A stretch of DNA of 64,000 bases from an uncultured Gemmatimonadaceae bacterium (GCA_963716745.1 OY970320.1:1568001-1632000); one strand, 5' to 3'. Positions 9,808 to 25,982 are shown, counted from the stretch's first letter. A program made the numbers and translations. The notes: a model not told the origin generated them from the letters alone.

Positions 9808-10980
9808 ATGCGACAGCCACTTCCCCGATCATTCGCCGCCGCGCTCCTCGCGGGCATGCTCGCCCTCGCGCCGGCCGCGGCGGCGCAAGTCGTGCACGGC
9901 GATGTGACGGACGCCTCAACGCACGCGCCGATCCTCGGCGCGATCGTGATCGTGACCGACACGTCGGGCGCGCGCGTAGCCGGCGCGATCACGGACGATT
10001 CGGGCCGATTCTCGCTCCGCCTCGGCGCGGCCGGCAATTACCGTCTGCGCGCCGAACGCATCGGGTACGCCGCGAACAAATTCGATACGATCTCGATCGC
10101 GGCGGGTGCGTCGCTGATCGCGCACCTGAGCGCGACATCCGTCGCGGTGATACTGCCCACGGTGTTCGTGAGCGCCGAGTCGCGCTGCGTGATCCGGCCG
10201 ACGGAAGGCGCCGAGACGGCCATCGTATGGGAGGAGGCGCGGAAGGCGCTGGATGCGACCGAGATCGCGATCGATGGGAAAACTGTGTTCGCGGTGCGAA
10301 AGCGCTATACGCGGGATCTCGACGGCACGAGCCTCAGCATTCGCAAAGAGCAGACGCTCGTCGATTCCGTGATGCTCGAGCATCCGTGGCAAACGGCGGT
10401 GTCGCCGGAAGACCTCGCGCGCCACGGCTACCGCGTGATGTACGCCGGCGCGCCACTGCCCGGATTCCTGCAGCCCGGCGACTCGGTGCTCGCCGTGCCC
10501 GACGCGGATGTGCTGCTCTCCGACGCGTTCGCGCGCACGCATTGTTTCCGGGTGCGGCACGATTCCACCGACGACGAGCATCCCGGGCTCATCGGGCTCA
10601 TGTTCACTCCGGTGATCAAGCGGAGCGCGCCGGATGTGACCGGAACGCTCTGGCTCGACTCGGCCACGGCGCATCTGCGCTATATGGAGTTCCGCCATAC
10701 GAACATGTTCGCCGAGGTATCGCCGCGCCGCTACGGTGGACGCATGGACTTCGAGTTGCTGCCGGGCGGCCTCTGGGTCGTACGCCGCTGGACGGTTCGT
10801 CTTCCCGTGCTCACGACGGCGAGCACGAACGCCGCCGGCATGGGTGACGCGCGGTACTTGACCGGCGGCCGCCACATCGCGTTCTACCATGATGATGGCG
10901 GAGAGTTATTGAGCGCGACGGTCATCAAGTCGCCGGCCGCGGCCGCGCCGATCCCGAAGCCTCCCTCCGCAACGCCGTGA
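9808..10980 (+). CDS. Secreted carboxypeptidase-regulatory-like domain protein
   Basis: Signal peptide; VHGDVTD..THAPILGAIV...TDDSGRF...YRLRAERIGY. Confidence 0.75.
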   Translation: MRQPLPRSFAAALLAGMLALAPAAAAQVVHGDVTDASTHAPILGAIVIVTDTSGARVAGAITDDSGRFSLRLGAAGNYRLRAERIGYAANKFDTISIAAGASLIAHLSATSVAVILPTVFVSAESRCVIRPTEGAETAIVWEEARKALDATEIAIDGKTVFAVRKRYTRDLDGTSLSIRKEQTLVDSVMLEHPWQTAVSPEDLARHGYRVMYAGAPLPGFLQPGDSVLAVPDADVLLSDAFARTHCFRVRHDSTDDEHPGLIGLMFTPVIKRSAPDVTGTLWLDSATAHLRYMEFRHTNMFAEVSPRRYGGRMDFELLPGGLWVVRRWTVRLPVLTTASTNAAGMGDARYLTGGRHIAFYHDDGGELLSATVIKSPAAAAPIPKPPSATP

Positions 10981-10984
10981 TGCG

Positions 10985-11776
10985 GTGACGCCGGTGCTGC
11001 TTTCACCCGGCGCCCCGCTCGTGATCGGCCACCGCGGCGCGGCGGCGCGTGCGCCGGAGAACACGATGATGTCGTTCGAGCTCGCGGCATCGGCGGGCGT
11101 CGACGCGCTCGAGTTCGACGTCCACCTCTCGGCCGACGGGCGCGTCGTGGTGATCCACGATGCCGACCTCGGACGTACCACGGACCGCTCGGGAGCGGTG
11201 GGATCGCTTACGCTCGCCGAGATCCAGAACGCCGATGCCGGCGCGCGGTTCTCGCGCGACGGCCGCAGCTTCCCGCATCGCGGCGGCGGCGTTCGCGTTC
11301 CGGCGATCGAGGAAGTGCTCGCGCGGTTCCCGGCGATGCCGCTGTTGATCGAACTGAAGACGGCCGCCGCGAGCGCGGAGCTCCGTCGCGTACTCGCGGC
11401 GCACCGCGCGGAGGACCGGTGCGTGATCGGCTCGTTCGATCACGCCGCCCTCGCGCTGTTCCGCGAACCGCCGTGGCATGCGTCCGGCTCGCAGTCGGAT
11501 GTGCAGCGTGAGATCGCACATGTCTTGTTCGGCCTGCCGGCCGGAGCGCGCCGCTACGAGGCGCTCTCGATCCCGCCGTCGTGGCGCGGGATCCCGCTGC
11601 CGGTGCGCGCGCTCGCGCGCGATGCGCTCACGCGCGCGATCCCCGTGCATGTGTGGACCGTGGACCGTGCCGAGGATGCGCGGCGTCTCTGGGACGCGGG
11701 CGTGACGGGGATCATCAGCAACGATCCGGCGGCGATCATCGACGCGCGGCGGGAGGCAACCCAACGGCCGAGTTGA
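10985..11776 (+). CDS. Glycerophosphodiester phosphodiesterase
   Basis: IGHRGA..APENT, EFDVHLSADG..VVIHD, IELK, VWTVD. Confidence 0.92.
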   Translation: MTPVLLSPGAPLVIGHRGAAARAPENTMMSFELAASAGVDALEFDVHLSADGRVVVIHDADLGRTTDRSGAVGSLTLAEIQNADAGARFSRDGRSFPHRGGGVRVPAIEEVLARFPAMPLLIELKTAAASAELRRVLAAHRAEDRCVIGSFDHAALALFREPPWHASGSQSDVQREIAHVLFGLPAGARRYEALSIPPSWRGIPLPVRALARDALTRAIPVHVWTVDRAEDARRLWDAGVTGIISNDPAAIIDARREATQRPS

Positions 11777-12449
11777 GCCACCGCACGAGCGGGAGGATGG
11801 CGGCGTATTCGCGCGCCACGCGCGTCGCGAGATCGGGGCGGATCGCCTCGGAATCCGTCATGGATCGCCCGGCGGTGAACGACTGGTACCGCAGCCATCG
11901 CGCGGCGGGGTGCGGCTCGGCGAACCCGCGCGGCAAACGGGTGAGCATGTAGTCGGTGGAGATCCCGCCATAGCGCCGGCGCATCGATGTCGAGTCGGCC
12001 ACGCGCGCGAACCCTTTCGGGTCGGCCACGATCGCGTCGCGCAGTTTCGTCAGCACGTCGCGGCCCGGCCGCCAGAGACCTCCGCCGATCTCGCCGCCGC
12101 CGGGTTCGAGATGGAAATAGAAACCGGCACCGCCGCCATCGTGTCCGACCTTCGCGTCGGAATCGCGATGGAAGAACCAGCAGGCGGCGTGCGTCTTGTA
12201 CGGACGCTTGTCGGAGGAGAAGCGCACGTCGCGATAGATGCGAAAGATCGACCGGCGCGCATCGCCGCAGATCTCGGGGGCGAAGCGCGCCAGTCGATCG
12301 TCCATCTCCTCCACGAACTCGCGCATGGGGCCGAGCACTTCCTGCTCCCATGTGGCGCGATGGGCCTCGAACCACGCTCGCTCATTGTGGCGCTTGAGCG
12401 AGCGGAGATACTTCAGCGCAGCCGGACGAAATCCAGCGAATGCGCCCAA
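11736..12449 (-). CDS. DUF2461 family protein
   Basis: NERAWFEAHR, FRIYRDVRFSSDKRPYKT, FYFHLEP. Confidence 0.85.
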   Translation of the reverse strand: MGAFAGFRPAALKYLRSLKRHNERAWFEAHRATWEQEVLGPMREFVEEMDDRLARFAPEICGDARRSIFRIYRDVRFSSDKRPYKTHAACWFFHRDSDAKVGHDGGGAGFYFHLEPGGGEIGGGLWRPGRDVLTKLRDAIVADPKGFARVADSTSMRRRYGGISTDYMLTRLPRGFAEPHPAARWLRYQSFTAGRSMTDSEAIRPDLATRVAREYAAILPLVRWLNSAVGLPPAARR

Positions 12450-12455
12450 CGGCCG

Positions 12456-13931
12456 TTAGGGAACGCGATGTCCCATGCCGCCGCCTCCGCCGCCACCGCT
12501 CGGATGCGCGGCCGGAGCTCCACCACCGCCGTGAGGCGCCGAGGGGCCGCCGTAGTGCGGTGCCGGTGCGCCGCCGCCTCGCGGTGCGGACGCCGGACCC
12601 GATGGACCGCCGCGTTGCGCGGTCATCGGCCCGCCACCGCCACGCGGCGCCGGGGCATTGCGGCCCGGCTCATAGCGAGGCGGACCCTGATAGCGCTGCG
12701 GACGCTGCGCCGACTGCGGCGAACCATTCTGCCCGTTGCCGGAGGTATTGCGACGTCCGAGGTACGGCGCGTCCATGTGGCGCGGTTCCGACGTCGGCGT
12801 GTGCAGCGCGGGGCCGCGGCCGCCGAGCGTGAAGCCCGCGTGCGTGGCAGTCACCTGCCCACCATGCGTGCCGACGGCGGGCCCGAGGAATCCAGCGGGC
12901 GTGCCGGTGGTCTGCGGACGGTAGGGCGTACCCATGGTCGTGCCCGTGTGGCCGAAGCCGCTCGATCCAGGCGTAGTAGTGAGTGGCGGCCGATAGCCGA
13001 TGCCTGTGCCGCCCGTGCCCATCGGATTGCCCGGCTTGAAGCCATAGTGCGGACCGTAGCCGTTGCCAGGATATCCATAGTACGGATAGCCATAGCCCGG
13101 GTGGTAACCGTAGCCATAGTACGGATAGCCGTAGCCGTAGTAGGGATAGCCGTAGCCGTATCCCGGATAGCCGCCGTAGCCGCAGCAGCCGAATCCAAAG
13201 CTGAAGCCGAACGACCAACCGCCGTAGCCGTAGCCGAAGTACGCGCCGGGATAGCCATAGCCGTATGGGCCATAGCCATAAAGCAACGGACCGCCGTAGC
13301 AGAACGGGCTATAGATCCCCCAGCACGGCGAGCCGCCGTACACCGTCGTCGGTCCCGCGTATGCGGTCGACGCCGACGCGTACGAGTCATGCGCGATCAC
13401 TTCATAGCGATAGATATCGTAATCGAAATGGCCCGTGCTCATCTTGTTCACGAGCACGGTGAAGCCATTCTCGAAATCGCTGTCGAGACTCTTGTCGTAG
13501 AGCGCGCCGTAGTCCCAATGATCGTTCTGCGCGAAATCATTGAAGCGGAAGGGGACGCTCGAGATCGCGGCGTAGACCATGCCCTGCCCGCCGGGGCCGT
13601 CCACGTAGAACGTGCCCTTGCCGTTCCGGCCGGCGAGTTTGAAGTCCTTGCCGCCGCGCACGAAGTCGTCGTCGCCCGGATCGAGCGGGAAGATCACGCG
13701 CACGCGTCCATCCACATCGGCTTGCATCACGATGAGGTACCCGTCTTCGCGCGTCCGCACATGGACGTCGGCGTTGTCGCCGCGCGAGTACTGATCCCAG
13801 TCGGTCCAGACCTTGATGACGGGATCCCCGGAGCGCATGTGACGATCGGCGCTGGCCACGGGTGCGGCCGGCGCGGCGCTGTTCGGGAGCGTGACCGCGG
13901 TGAGCAGGGTGAACAGGACGGAGTGCATCAT
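12456..13931 (-). CDS. Secreted DUF4384-domain protein with Tyr/Gly-rich low-complexity tail
   Basis: GGAGG RBS, signal peptide, DGYLIV..ADVDGRVRVIFP; YGYGYP repeats. Confidence 0.75.
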   Translation of the reverse strand: MMHSVLFTLLTAVTLPNSAAPAAPVASADRHMRSGDPVIKVWTDWDQYSRGDNADVHVRTREDGYLIVMQADVDGRVRVIFPLDPGDDDFVRGGKDFKLAGRNGKGTFYVDGPGGQGMVYAAISSVPFRFNDFAQNDHWDYGALYDKSLDSDFENGFTVLVNKMSTGHFDYDIYRYEVIAHDSYASASTAYAGPTTVYGGSPCWGIYSPFCYGGPLLYGYGPYGYGYPGAYFGYGYGGWSFGFSFGFGCCGYGGYPGYGYGYPYYGYGYPYYGYGYHPGYGYPYYGYPGNGYGPHYGFKPGNPMGTGGTGIGYRPPLTTTPGSSGFGHTGTTMGTPYRPQTTGTPAGFLGPAVGTHGGQVTATHAGFTLGGRGPALHTPTSEPRHMDAPYLGRRNTSGNGQNGSPQSAQRPQRYQGPPRYEPGRNAPAPRGGGGPMTAQRGGPSGPASAPRGGGAPAPHYGGPSAPHGGGGAPAAHPSGGGGGGGMGHRVP

Positions 13932-13991
13932 ATGACCTCCGGAACGCGACGCAACGCTCGAGCGGCATGTGCCACCCGCACCTTGTACTTA

Positions 13992-14007
13992 TGCGACTTG
14001 CATGCCG
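13992..14007 (-). promoter_or_regulatory. Possible sigma54 promoter
   Basis: CGGCATGCAAGTCGCA on minus strand fits GG-N10-GC, upstream of the DUF4384 gene. Confidence 0.3.
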
Positions 14008-14107
14008 TCCGTCAAGTTACTTCCGGGCAAGGACTTGGCTTTTCTGCTGCCACAGAAAGTGTCCATAAAACGGACGGTGGGTGAGATACGATTGGACACC
14101 GGTGAAG

Positions 14108-14219
14108 TACGCGGGAAGCGGGAAGCGGGAATCGCCGCGGGAAGCGAGAACGGCGCGATGGGCACCATCGCGCAGTTCTCGCGTCACCGCGGCGAGTCCC
14201 GCGTCCCGCTTCCCGCGTA
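14108..14219. repeat. Heptamer (GCGGGAA/TTCCCGC) inverted-repeat element
   Basis: gcgggaagcgggaagcgggaa ... cccgcgtcccgcttcccgcg. Confidence 0.75.
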
Positions 14220-14220
14220 G

Positions 14221-15150
14221 TTATTGCTTGCTGATCTCGAGGCTCCACTCCGTGCCCGCGCCGATCGAGTAGCGCTTCGCGAAGTTCCCCTCGTTCAGCG
14301 CCAACGCCATGCGATCGAGACTGTTCACGTAGAGCAGCGGCTTCGAGACGGGGACGTCGCCGAAGGTGCGCGCGATCGGCACGATGTCGGACCAGACCGC
14401 CGTCGAGCCCTTCATGATGCGCACGCGCACGCGGTCGCCCGTCTTCAAGCCAAGCGCGTGCACCGCCGTCGTGTCGATGTTGGTCCAGAGATTCCCGTAC
14501 GGCTGATCGAGCGCGATGATCGTGCCGGTCACGGAATGGGCGGCGATCTGCGGCGGCGGCACGGGGAGCGCCACGTACTGCGTGCCGCGGCTCGGGCCCA
14601 CCTGCGCGAACGTGATCACGCCCGACGCGAGCCGCGCCGCGGTGTACATGTACACGTCGCGGCCATGGAAGGTGGCGCTCCACTCGGATCCGGGGCGCCG
14701 GTTCACGGTCTCGTCGATCTCGCGCACTTCGTCCACGCCGAGCAATTCCGCGACGAAGGTGAGCGTCCCGTTGTCCGGCGTGACGAAGTACTGCCCGGTC
14801 TTCGTACGCATCACGACGGAGAGGCGCTTCGTACCGACGCCCGGATCGACGATCGACACGAACACGGTGCCGGCCGGCCAGAACGGTGCGACCTGTCGCA
14901 GCCGGTACGAGGCGTCGAGGATGTCGAAGGGCGGGATGAGCTGCGTGAGATCCTCCACGCGCAGCGCCGGGCTCACGGTATACGCAACGCCCTTGAGCGC
15001 GGCGACCGCTCCGTCCTGCAGACCGAAGTCGGACTGAATCAGAATAACGGGCGCCGGTGCAGCCGGCGGCGCGCCGGCCTGCGCTCCCGCACCCGCCCCA
15101 ACGAGGGCGAGTGCGGCGAGCGAGGCTGCTGCGCGAACGACCGCCGTCAA
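14221..15150 (-). CDS. SAM hydroxide adenosyltransferase / DUF62 family
   Basis: SDFGLQDG, VDPGVGT, TPDNG, TFHGRD, YGNLWTN. Confidence 0.9.
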   Translation of the reverse strand: MTAVVRAAASLAALALVGAGAGAQAGAPPAAPAPVILIQSDFGLQDGAVAALKGVAYTVSPALRVEDLTQLIPPFDILDASYRLRQVAPFWPAGTVFVSIVDPGVGTKRLSVVMRTKTGQYFVTPDNGTLTFVAELLGVDEVREIDETVNRRPGSEWSATFHGRDVYMYTAARLASGVITFAQVGPSRGTQYVALPVPPPQIAAHSVTGTIIALDQPYGNLWTNIDTTAVHALGLKTGDRVRVRIMKGSTAVWSDIVPIARTFGDVPVSKPLLYVNSLDRMALALNEGNFAKRYSIGAGTEWSLEISKQ

Positions 15151-15151
15151 A

Positions 15152-15610
15152 CTACTTCGGCGTCTGGTACTGGACGATGGAGTTCACGTCGAGCGACCAC
15201 TGCACGAAGCGCAGCGTGGGCGTGAGGTTGAACGGCTGCGACGGTATTTCCGCGCCGCCGTTCCCCTGCGCGACGAGCCGGTAGCTGCCGTTCAGATTCC
15301 CGGCCTTGAACGTGAACGCCTTGGTGGCGTTGATCGGAACATCGCCGAGGAGGATACGGCCGACGGACGGGCCGATAACCCACACGGTGACCACGGCGGG
15401 CGGGATCCGGCTGTTGATCACGTTCACCAGGATCTCGGTGGACACCACGGTGTCGCCGCCGCTCGATGCGACGGCGCCGGCACTCGCACCGGCAGCGGGC
15501 GCCGCCGCCGGAGCGGGCGCGGGCGCATTCGTCGTGGACGAACCGCCGCTGCTGCACGCGGCGAAGGCGAGCGCCATCGCGGAGAGGGCAACGAGTTTCT
15601 GAGTACGCAT
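15152..15610 (-). CDS. Hypothetical lipoprotein
   Basis: GGAGG RBS, lipobox FAAC, Ala/Pro linker. Confidence 0.7.
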   Translation of the reverse strand: MRTQKLVALSAMALAFAACSSGGSSTTNAPAPAPAAAPAAGASAGAVASSGGDTVVSTEILVNVINSRIPPAVVTVWVIGPSVGRILLGDVPINATKAFTFKAGNLNGSYRLVAQGNGGAEIPSQPFNLTPTLRFVQWSLDVNSIVQYQTPK

Positions 15611-15748
15611 GACGGTCCTCCGGTTGTAGTGAGCATGCGACAGGAGAGCGACGCACCGGCTGCGCCGCCCGGCAAAACAATGGTACGGCGCCATGGCGCA
15701 TCGCACAAGTGGACTTTGGGGTGCGTGCAGCAGCCGCTCCGAGCGCTC

Positions 15749-18892
<3,144 letters not shown>

Positions 18893-18977
18893 GCGCGACC
18901 TCGTTGCACCGGTATACCCGGGAAGTCATTGCCTGCTCCATGACACTACGACGCGGTGCGCCGCGGAGTGTCGCGGC

Positions 18978-21320
<2,343 letters not shown>

Positions 21321-21382
21321 CGCGGAGTCCTCGGTAGAGCAGTGTCCAGCGTGAAGATAGAGGCGGCATGCCCACCCTGAAA

Positions 21383-21557
21383 GGCGCGTGTGGGCCTTGG
21401 TACCGCTGAAGGGGCGCGTTTGGCAACGGAGCGTATGGTACCACAGGGCGTCCGTAGCCACGACGCACTGTTCTCGTCGTGCCAATTCACGCCGGGTGGT
21501 ACCATACGCTCCGTTGCCAGACGCGCCGTTTCAGCGCTACTAAGGCCTACACGCGTT
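21383..21557 (+). ncRNA. Candidate structured RNA / long inverted repeat
   Basis: 62-nt arms with perfect 24-bp core (21421-44/21496-519); most mismatches are G-U on + strand. Confidence 0.5.
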
Positions 21558-21625
21558 CGTAGGATGCTTCCCGTGGAGAAGTCGCCGCTGCATAATTGCC
21601 TTCCATCTCCAATCCGGATCTCCCA

Positions 21626-22411
21626 ATGCGAGTCGTATTCGTAGTCGTCGCTACTATGCTCACGGCCTCGACGAAGCTCCAGTCGCAGTGCCCGACCCTG
21701 CCCTCGCCCATCGTCACGGCGTATGAGCAGCATTCCATGGACCGCCCGCAGCCGCCGGTCGTGAAACCCGCACCGGGCGGCGCGCCGGTCGCGCCGCCGA
21801 GCGATGCGATCGTGCTCTTCGATGGGAAAGACCTCTCGCAATGGGCGAGCGGCGACAGCGCGGGCAAGCCCGCGAAGTGGAAGGTGAGAGACGGCTACAT
21901 GGAAGTGGTCGCGCACACGGGCGACATCCAGACCAAGCAGAGCTTCGGCGATGTGCAGCTCCACGTCGAGTGGCGTACGCCATTGCCCGTGAGCGGCGAG
22001 GGGCAGGAGCGCGGCAATAGCGGCGTCTATCTCATGGCCGCGTTCGAGGTGCAGGTGCTCGACTCGTACGACAACCCGACCTACGCCGACGGCGCCGCGG
22101 GCTCCGTGTTCGGCCAGTATCCGCCCCTCGTGAACGCGAGCCGCAAGCCCGGCGAGTGGCAGACGTACGACATCATCTTCCACCGTCCGCGATTCAATCA
22201 GGATGGCACGCTGCAGTGCGCCGCGCGCGTCACGGTGATCCAGAATGGCGTGGTGGTGCAGAGCGACGCCGTGCTCACCGGGCCCACCGCCTACAAGCGG
22301 CGTCCGCCGTACGCGCCAATGCCCGACAAGCTGCCGATCCTCCTTCAGGATCACAGCTTCCCGGTGCGCTACCGGAACATCTGGGTGCGCCAGCTGCCCG
22401 ACGCGAACTGA
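21626..22411 (+). CDS. DUF1080 (3-keto-disaccharide hydrolase family) protein
   Basis: PPSDAIVLFDG, LHVEW, GNSGVY, EVQVLDS, LQDH..PVRYRNIW. Confidence 0.9.
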   Translation: MRVVFVVVATMLTASTKLQSQCPTLPSPIVTAYEQHSMDRPQPPVVKPAPGGAPVAPPSDAIVLFDGKDLSQWASGDSAGKPAKWKVRDGYMEVVAHTGDIQTKQSFGDVQLHVEWRTPLPVSGEGQERGNSGVYLMAAFEVQVLDSYDNPTYADGAAGSVFGQYPPLVNASRKPGEWQTYDIIFHRPRFNQDGTLQCAARVTVIQNGVVVQSDAVLTGPTAYKRRPPYAPMPDKLPILLQDHSFPVRYRNIWVRQLPDAN

Positions 22412-22419
22412 GCGCCGCG

Positions 22420-24107
22420 ATGAAGGCTGATGACATGTATGACGTGTGCATCGTCGGCTCGGGCGCCGGCGGCGGGATGGCGGCGTACACGCTCACGAAG
22501 GCCGGCGCGCGTGTGCTGCTGCTCGAAGCTGGCCCCGCGTGGTACGCGACCAAAGATTCGAAGATGCTCGTGCCGGAATATTCCTCGCCGCGGCGCGGCG
22601 GCAGTACGAAGACGAAACCGTTCGGCGAGTTCGACGGCTGCATCGGCGGATGGGAGATCGCGGGCGAGCCCTACACGCGCGCGCCCGGCACCACCTTCGA
22701 CTGGTGGCGCGCCCGGATGCTCGGCGGGCGCACGAGCCACTGGGGGCGGATCTCGCTTCGCTTCGGGCCCGACGATTTTCGCGGCAAGAGCCGCGATGGA
22801 CTCGGCGACGATTGGCCGATCGGCTACGACGATCTCGCGCCGTACTACGACAAAGTCGATGAGCTCATCGGCGTCTTCGGCAGCGTCGAGGGACTGCCGA
22901 ACCATCCCGACGGGAAATTCCTGCCGCCGCCCAAGCCGCGCTGCTACGAGCTGATGATCAAGCAGGCGTGCGACGACTCTGAGCGTCACGTGCATCCCGT
23001 CGCGGCTTTCGATCCTCACGAAGTCCATCCACGGCCGCGCGGCGTGCCACTACTGCGGCCAATGCGGACGCGGCTGCGGCACCGCGTCGAACTTCTCGAG
23101 CCCCGATGTGCTCATCGCGCCGGCGCTCAAGACGGGCAAGCTCACGCTCGTGACCAACGCGATGGCGCGCGAAGTCACCGTAGGGAAGGATGGCCTCGCC
23201 GAAGGCGTGACGTACATCGACAAGACCACGGGCACGGAGCGTCACGCGCGCGCGCGGGTGATCGTGCTCGCGGCGAGCGCGTGCGAGTCGGCGCGCATCC
23301 TGCTCAACTCGCGCTCGATCGCTCTTCCCGCAGGGGCTCGCGAATTCGAGCGGCGTGGTGGGCAAGTATCTCACCGACACCACCGGCGCCGGCGTGAGCG
23401 GGTTCATCCCGAAGATGATGGACCACGTGCCGCACAACGAAGATGGCGTCGGCGGCGCGCACATCTATTCGCCCTGGTGGCTCGACAACGCGAAGCTCGA
23501 TTTCCCGCGCGGCTACCACATCGAGATGGGCGGCGGGCTCGACTCGCCGGGCTACGGATTCATGGGCGGCATCCAGAGCTATCCGCCCGGCGGCGGCTAC
23601 GGCAAGCAGCTGAAGGATGACTATCGCCGCTACTACGGCGCGTCCGTCGGATTCTCCGGCCGCGGCGAGATGATCCCCAACGCCGACTGCTACTGCGAAC
23701 TCGATCCCGACGTCGTGGACAAGTACGGCATTCCGGTGCTCCGCTTCCACTGGAAATGGAGCGATCACGAGCTGAACCAGGTGAAGCACATGCAGGAGAC
23801 CTTCCGCGCGCTCATCGCCGAGATGGGCGGCACGGTATTCGATGCGATGCCCACGAGAGAACAAGGCTACGGCATCGCGCACGGCGGGCAGATCATCCAC
23901 GAACTCGGCTGCGTCATCATGGGCAGCGATCCGGCCAAGAGCGCGCTCAATTCGAACTGCCAGGCGCACGATTGCAAGAACCTCTTCGTCGCCGACGGCG
24001 GGCCGTTCGTGTCGCAGGCGGACAAGAACCCCACGTGGACGATCCTCGCGCTCTCGATGCGCACGAGCGAGTACATCGCGCAGCAGCGTTCGGCGGGTGC
24101 GCTATGA
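22420..24107 (+). CDS. GMC oxidoreductase (glycoside 3-dehydrogenase-like), frameshifts near 22975 and 23330
   Basis: IVGSGAGGG, LGGRTSHWGR, CHYCGQCGRGC, IHELG, KNPTWTILAL. Confidence 0.88.
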
Positions 24108-24739
24108 GCCGCATCTCGCGCCGCACGATGGTGAAATGGCTCGCGGCCGCGCCGGCGATCGGCGCGATCGAATGGAGCTCGGCGCAAACGGCGCGCGCCG
24201 CGGAGCATCTCAGAGCGCTCGAGGAGCCGGGTGCGGCGCCGTACTCGCCGAGATTCTTCTCGCGCAACGAGTGGGCGACAGTGGTGGTACTCGTGGACTA
24301 TGTGATCCCGCGCGACGAGCGTTCGGGCAGCGCCACCGATGCGAAAGTCCCTGAGTTCATGGATTGGATCCTGGCGGATTCGAACACCAAGGATGAGACA
24401 CGCACCGCAATGCGCGGCGGACTCGCCTGGCTCGATCTCGCGTGCGAGGACCGCTTCGGGAAGACGTTCACCGCGTGCAGCGACGCGCAGCGGCGCCAGC
24501 TGCTCGACGACATCGCGTGGCCCAAGAAGGCGAAGCCCGAGTACCGCCAGGGCGCCGCATTCTTCTCGCGCTTCCGTGACATGACCGCGAGCGGATTCTT
24601 CTCCACCGAGATGGGTTGGAAAGACGTGCAGTACCTCGGCAACGTTGCCGTCGCTCAATGGAACGGATGCCCGCCCGCCGCGCTCGAGAAGCTCGGAGTG
24701 AACGACGCGATGATGGACGCGAGGCCTACGCGCAAATGA
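24104..24739 (+). CDS. Gluconate-2-dehydrogenase subunit 3 family (Tat hitch-hiker subunit)
   Basis: SRR twin-Arg, VIPRDE..SATDAKVPEFMD, GFFSTEMG; ATGA overlap. Confidence 0.85.
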   Translation: MSRISRRTMVKWLAAAPAIGAIEWSSAQTARAAEHLRALEEPGAAPYSPRFFSRNEWATVVVLVDYVIPRDERSGSATDAKVPEFMDWILADSNTKDETRTAMRGGLAWLDLACEDRFGKTFTACSDAQRRQLLDDIAWPKKAKPEYRQGAAFFSRFRDMTASGFFSTEMGWKDVQYLGNVAVAQWNGCPPAALEKLGVNDAMMDARPTRK

Positions 24740-25972
24740 AGCGGCTTGGCGTTGGATTCATCGGGAGCGGATTCAATGCGCGCTTCCACATGCTGGGATG
24801 GCGCGGCGTGCGCGAGGGCGATGTGCGCGGCGTGTGGAGTCCCAACGCGAAGAACGCGGAATCGGCGGCCGCATACGCGCGCGAGTTGGATGTGGGCGAT
24901 GCGAAGGCGTTCCAATCGATCGCCGCGATGGTGGCCGATCCCTCGATCGACGCGATCTGGATCACCGGTCCGAACCAGGCGCGCATCGAGAACGTGGAGG
25001 AGATCGTGGACGCGCTCGCGCGAGGGCGCGGAGAGCTGAAGGGCATCGCCTGCGAGAAGCCGCTCGCCCGCAACGTGAAGGAAGCGCAGCGCGTGCGCGA
25101 TCTCGCAGCGAAGGCGGGACTCGCCACCGGCTACCTCGAGAACCAGGTCTTCGCGCCGCAGGTGGAGACGGGCCACGCACTGCTGTGGAAACGCGGCGCC
25201 GCGACGACGGGCCGTCCGTATCTCGCGCGCGCCGCCGAGGAGCACAGCGGGCCGCACATGCCGTGGTTCTGGCGCGGCGAACTGCAGGGCGGCGGCGTGC
25301 TCAACGACATGATGTGCCACTCGGCGCTCATGGTGCGGCACTTGCTCACCGCGCCGGGCGCGCCGCTCTCGAGCGTCAAGCCGGCGAGGATCACCGCGCA
25401 CATCGCGAGCCTCAAGTGGACGCGGCCGGAATATGCGAAGCGGCTGCGCGCGGCGATGGGCAAGGACGTGGACTACACGAAGACGCCGGCCGAGGATTTC
25501 GCGAGCATGATGATCGAGTTCGAGACGGCCGATGGTCACACCGTGATCGGCGAGGCGACGACGTCATGGAGCTTCGTGGGCCCGGGGCTGCGGTTGTCGG
25601 CGGAGCTGCTCGGCCCCGAATACTCCATGAACTGGAATTCGCTCGACAGCGGACTGAAGCTCTTCTTCAGCCGCGAGGTGCGCGGGAAGAGTGGCGAGGA
25701 TCTTGTGGAGAAGCAGAACGCCGAGATCGGACTCATGCCCGTCGTGGCGAACGAGGCGGTGGCGTACGGCTACGAGGCGGAGGACCGGCACTTCGTTCGC
25801 GCGTTCCTCGGAAAGGAGGCGCCGCGACTCACGTTCGACGATGGACTGGATGTGGTGCGCATGCTCATGGCGGGGTACATGAGCGCGGAGACAGGGGAAG
25901 ACCGTGAGCTTTCCGCCGAAGGGACTGGAAGCGTTCGTGCCGGCGGTTGCGCGAGGAACGTGGAAGCCCTGA
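24736..25972 (+). CDS. Gfo/Idh/MocA oxidoreductase (indel near C-terminus)
   Basis: GFIGSGF, CEKPLA, GGGVLNDMMCH. Confidence 0.88.
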
Positions 25973-25982
25973 ACTGCGAACT

